A stretch of 17,622 nt of DNA from positions 1 through 17,622 of the forward strand of contig DAOWMR010000015.1 in NCBI GenBank assembly GCA_030642995.1, in the 5' to 3' direction. Below the pieces are notes generated by a model. It was not told the origin of the DNA. It ran no database searches and saw nothing but the letters and a program-made list of their open reading frames with translations. Below are positions 15,352 to 17,622 of the stretch, in pieces. Origin of the DNA: Spirochaetales bacterium (GTDB lineage Bacteria > Spirochaetota > Spirochaetia > DSM-27196 > SLST01). A program made the translations under genes and the position numbers. The stretch's first letter is position 1. Every line of letters starts with the position of its first letter.

Positions 15352-16188
15352 CTATTGATCATCCTTGATCAGCTTCTTCTTGAAATACGGAACCAACGTG
15401 AAGAAAAGGACGCCGATGGACAACAGTGCACCGTAAAGATAGTCCATCGTCTTCGTGCGGATAAACTGCGTGGGGGCGTCAATCGCCAGGATGGCAACCG
15501 CAGCAATGACGGCAAACCACCAGCCTTTGCGTTTGCCGACAGCCAACAGCGGAATGGAGATGACCAGCAGGATAACCGCCACCCAGTTAACCTCACCGGC
15601 CCAGCTGAACAACCACCACGTGAAGTCCTGATACATGGGATATCCAGGGCGGGTCCACATGGTTCGCTGGGCGCCAATACCGATGGTGAAGGCGTGAGTA
15701 GCCAACATGCCGATGAAAGTCAGGGCGCCGAAACGAGTCCACTTTTGCATTCTTTCGGCCTTGCGCAGGAAAATGAAGCTCCAATAACCTACCAGACCAG
15801 TGACCGAAATCAACAGCGGGATCGGGAAGCCGTCCACCCAACTGACGTACGGGAGGAACATGAACATACCGCCAATTGCAGGCAGCGCAAACAGAGTTAC
15901 GGCAAGCGGATAGGTCCACTCTTCGCCTTTCCTGATTTCTTGTGAGATCACGATCAGGGCGGCGCCTGCGACAAAAATGACGGCTCGCCAGATCGGATAG
16001 AAGAAATCAAAGAGCGGAATCCCGCTTTCAAACGTGGGGTGACCGGCGTTGATATGATCGATCAACCCGACCAATACTCGTTCAAGCGATTTCTGGACGA
16101 TGAAAGGGACCACGCCCACCATCAACAGGCCAATAACAATGGCGAGAACCGACATGACCGTTCGGTTTTTCTGTGAAGTTTCTTTCAT
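15352..16188 (-). CDS. uncharacterised Trp-rich polytopic membrane protein (278 aa, ~8 TM), paralog of the downstream gene
   Basis: ATG 16188 (MKETSQKN) has an AGGAGAG SD (7-nt spacer). The track start at 16227 lacks an SD. The protein is hydrophobic and has a DHINAGHPTFESG loop. See the paralog evidence above. Confidence 0.55.
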   Translation of the reverse strand: MKETSQKNRTVMSVLAIVIGLLMVGVVPFIVQKSLERVLVGLIDHINAGHPTFESGIPLFDFFYPIWRAVIFVAGAALIVISQEIRKGEEWTYPLAVTLFALPAIGGMFMFLPYVSWVDGFPIPLLISVTGLVGYWSFIFLRKAERMQKWTRFGALTFIGMLATHAFTIGIGAQRTMWTRPGYPMYQDFTWWLFSWAGEVNWVAVILLVISIPLLAVGKRKGWWFAVIAAVAILAIDAPTQFIRTKTMDYLYGALLSIGVLFFTLVPYFKKKLIKDDQ

Positions 16189-16256
16189 TTTCACTCTCCT
16201 AGGAAAAAAATTGCGTTCTAGTGTCATGAGAATCGCAGATAAATTCGAAAGAGTAA

Positions 16257-16270
16257 TTGACCCAGGTCAA
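16257..16270. promoter_or_regulatory. perfect 14-bp palindrome TTGACCCAGGTCAA (operator copy 2) in the divergent region between the membrane-protein unit and the RpiR gene
   Basis: It has the same TTGACC-N2-GGTCAA architecture as 14440-14453. The 17 nt on its low-coordinate side (tcgaaagagtaa) resemble the flank of copy 1 (tcgagagagtcc). Over 31 nt the two copies are 24/31 identical. It lies 75 nt upstream of ATG 16188. Confidence 0.6.
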
Positions 16271-16373
16271 TCGCGGGGGCAGCACGATCAACGCCGACGG
16301 GCGACATCATCCCCCAAAACAGAAATAAAACTTGCAGTGATTGAGCAAGAAGAAAGAAACTTTCCAAAAATCG

Positions 16374-16403
16374 TTGACAAAGGAATATTTCGGTACCCAT
16401 AAT
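16374..16403 (+). promoter_or_regulatory. sigma70-like promoter for the RpiR gene (TTGACA-N18-CATAAT)
   Basis: TTGACA at 16374-16379 and CATAAT at 16398-16403. The predicted transcription start is ~25 nt upstream of ATG 16438. Motif-based only. Confidence 0.4.
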
Positions 16404-16437
16404 GGGAAACACCGAAAGAGAACGGGAAGGAACCGAA

Positions 16438-17328
16438 ATGATAACAAAATCAGACAGCTATCATCAGATCATTGAAGTATATGACGATCTGTCTAGACAG
16501 CAGAAGAAGATTGCTGATGGGATCATCAATCGGTGCGACGAGATCGTCTTCTTTTCAATTACCCAGCTCGCGAATTTTCTCGGGGTGAGCGAAGCTACGA
16601 TTGTCCGGTTTGCTCAGCATCTGGGGCACAAGGGCTTCCCCGAACTGAAGGAAGACCTGGTGAAGTACTACCGGGAATATCTTACTCCCGGGGCACGGAT
16701 GAGACGATCCATTGAAGAATTCCCCGATGACCCTCTTCTGTATAAGAGCCATGCGGCACGTGAGATACAGCTGCTGGAGGAATCGCTCCAGGCAGTTGAC
16801 AACGATAGTTTTGTTCAAGCTGTTGAAGCGATCGTTCAGGCCGAGCGGATATTTCTTTTCGGTAACGGAGGGAATGAATGCCTTGCCAATCATCTCACCT
16901 TTCGTCTCTCCCGTTTCAAGTTGAAAGCCATACAGCAATCCGTTTCGGGAAAAAATCTCTTTGAAAAATTCCTGCAGATAGAAAAGAGCGATCTCATAAT
17001 CGCCTATCATTTCTATAAACCAACAATAGACTTCAGGCGGCTCATGGAGGTGAGTGCTGAACGGGAGGTTCCTGTTCTCCTCATGACTGATTCCCTCGTG
17101 CCGCCGATGATTCGTCACGCCAAAATCGTTCTTTTTGCTCCGAGGGGCTCAGCCGGGACCTTCCATTCTCAGGTTGTCCCAATGGCCATCAACAACGCCC
17201 TGATAAATGGCGTAGCCAGCAAGCTCGGGAACAAGGCTGTGAAGGCATTACAGGAGTTGAGTGATATGAGGCAAAAACATTATTTCAGTGACTTTTCCTC
17301 ACTGATATCACATGAAAACGATCAATGA
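16438..17328 (+). CDS. RpiR/MurR-family transcriptional regulator (N-terminal HTH_6 + C-terminal SIS domain)
   Basis: The HTH FSITQLANFLGVSEATIVRFAQHLGHKGFPELK is characteristic of RpiR. The C-terminal region (IFLFGNGGNECLANHL...) is SIS-like. ATG 16438 (MITKSDSY) with a GGAAGG SD gives 296 aa, typical for the family. The track start at 16402 adds 12 aa. Confidence 0.85.
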   Translation: MITKSDSYHQIIEVYDDLSRQQKKIADGIINRCDEIVFFSITQLANFLGVSEATIVRFAQHLGHKGFPELKEDLVKYYREYLTPGARMRRSIEEFPDDPLLYKSHAAREIQLLEESLQAVDNDSFVQAVEAIVQAERIFLFGNGGNECLANHLTFRLSRFKLKAIQQSVSGKNLFEKFLQIEKSDLIIAYHFYKPTIDFRRLMEVSAEREVPVLLMTDSLVPPMIRHAKIVLFAPRGSAGTFHSQVVPMAINNALINGVASKLGNKAVKALQELSDMRQKHYFSDFSSLISHENDQ

Positions 17329-17622
17329 ACCACGAAATTCTCCTCGGCGCAGTTTGCTATCAGGAGTATTCCAGAGACTATCTTGATTTTCTTGAACTAG
17401 CGGCCGAGCTCAAACTCTCCTGGGTCGAGTTCAAATACGAACCACCTCTCTGTTATCGAAGTAGATCGCGCAGATATGTCGATATTCGGAAACAGGCTGA
17501 TGATTTCGGAATCAACCTGTCCATGCACACCGCATTTGACGGTTTGAATATCGCCTCCCTGGATGACAAGGAGCGAGCCCGGTCTCTTGATACTGTACAG
17601 GAGTCGATTGATGCAGCTGCGC
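17325..17622 (+). CDS. sugar phosphate isomerase/epimerase (xylose-isomerase-like TIM barrel) family protein, N-terminal part only
   Basis: Hand translation from ATG 17325 gives MNHEILLGAVCYQEYSRDYLDFLELAAELKLSWVEFKY...ADDFGINLSMHTAFDGLNIASLDDKERARSLDTVQESIDAA, a typical AP-endonuclease-2/xylose-isomerase-like barrel N-terminus. The ATG overlaps the RpiR TGA (ATGA). The ORF runs to the window end, so the track did not list it. Confidence 0.6.
   Translation, partial: MNHEILLGAVCYQEYSRDYLDFLELAAELKLSWVEFKYEPPLCYRSRSRRYVDIRKQADDFGINLSMHTAFDGLNIASLDDKERARSLDTVQESIDAAA

Noticed and set aside
16100-16402. 100-aa ORF (16100..16402 +) spanning the RpiR divergent intergenic region
   Set aside because: It starts inside the antisense strand of the membrane-protein gene and has no SD. 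Its product is a Lys/Arg-rich low-complexity sequence. The region is better explained as promoter/operator DNA.
1-17622. Mobile elements, CRISPR arrays, tRNA/rRNA genes, large direct repeats
   Set aside because: I saw no inverted terminal repeats, transposase or integrase-like ORFs, repeat-spacer periodicity or tRNA cloverleaf-like GC-rich 75-nt structures. GC content and codon style appear uniform across the window.

Overview
This 17.6-kb window is GC-rich and densely coding. It contains about 22 protein-coding genes. Nearly every gene has a strong AGGAG-type Shine-Dalgarno site, and many neighbouring genes are joined by ATGA or short start/stop overlaps. I found no rRNA, tRNA, CRISPR array or recognisable mobile element. 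The layout from left to right is as follows. (i) A minus-strand URO-D/MtaA-like gene runs off the window start and appears broken by frameshifts at C9 and C6 homopolymers. (ii) A plus-strand pair follows: a menA-like UbiA prenyltransferase and an NAD-dependent malic enzyme. (iii) A tightly packed 7-gene minus-strand operon comes next. Its genes are a short YtrA-type GntR regulator, an SPFH/stomatin-like protein with a polytopic N-terminus, an ABC ATPase, two ABC-2 permeases, a 69-aa two-helix protein and an HD-motif protein. (iv) Divergent from that operon, heme O synthase (ctaB) is translationally coupled to three uncharacterised membrane proteins. (v) Convergent with that operon lies a minus-strand cluster. 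It holds two paralogous ~270-aa membrane proteins, a 513-aa 12-TM histidine-rich membrane protein with a coiled-coil tail, and an FGE/SUMF1-domain lipoprotein. The two promoters of this cluster carry near-identical TTGACC-N2-GGTCAA palindromes with conserved flanks. (vi) Divergent from the cluster, an RpiR-family regulator sits upstream of a partial sugar-phosphate isomerase gene. The best candidates for an undescribed system are the histidine-rich membrane protein/FGE-like module with its duplicated operator, and the GntR-SPFH-ABC-HD operon. All calls come from reading the sequence and the supplied ORF track. No database searches were run.
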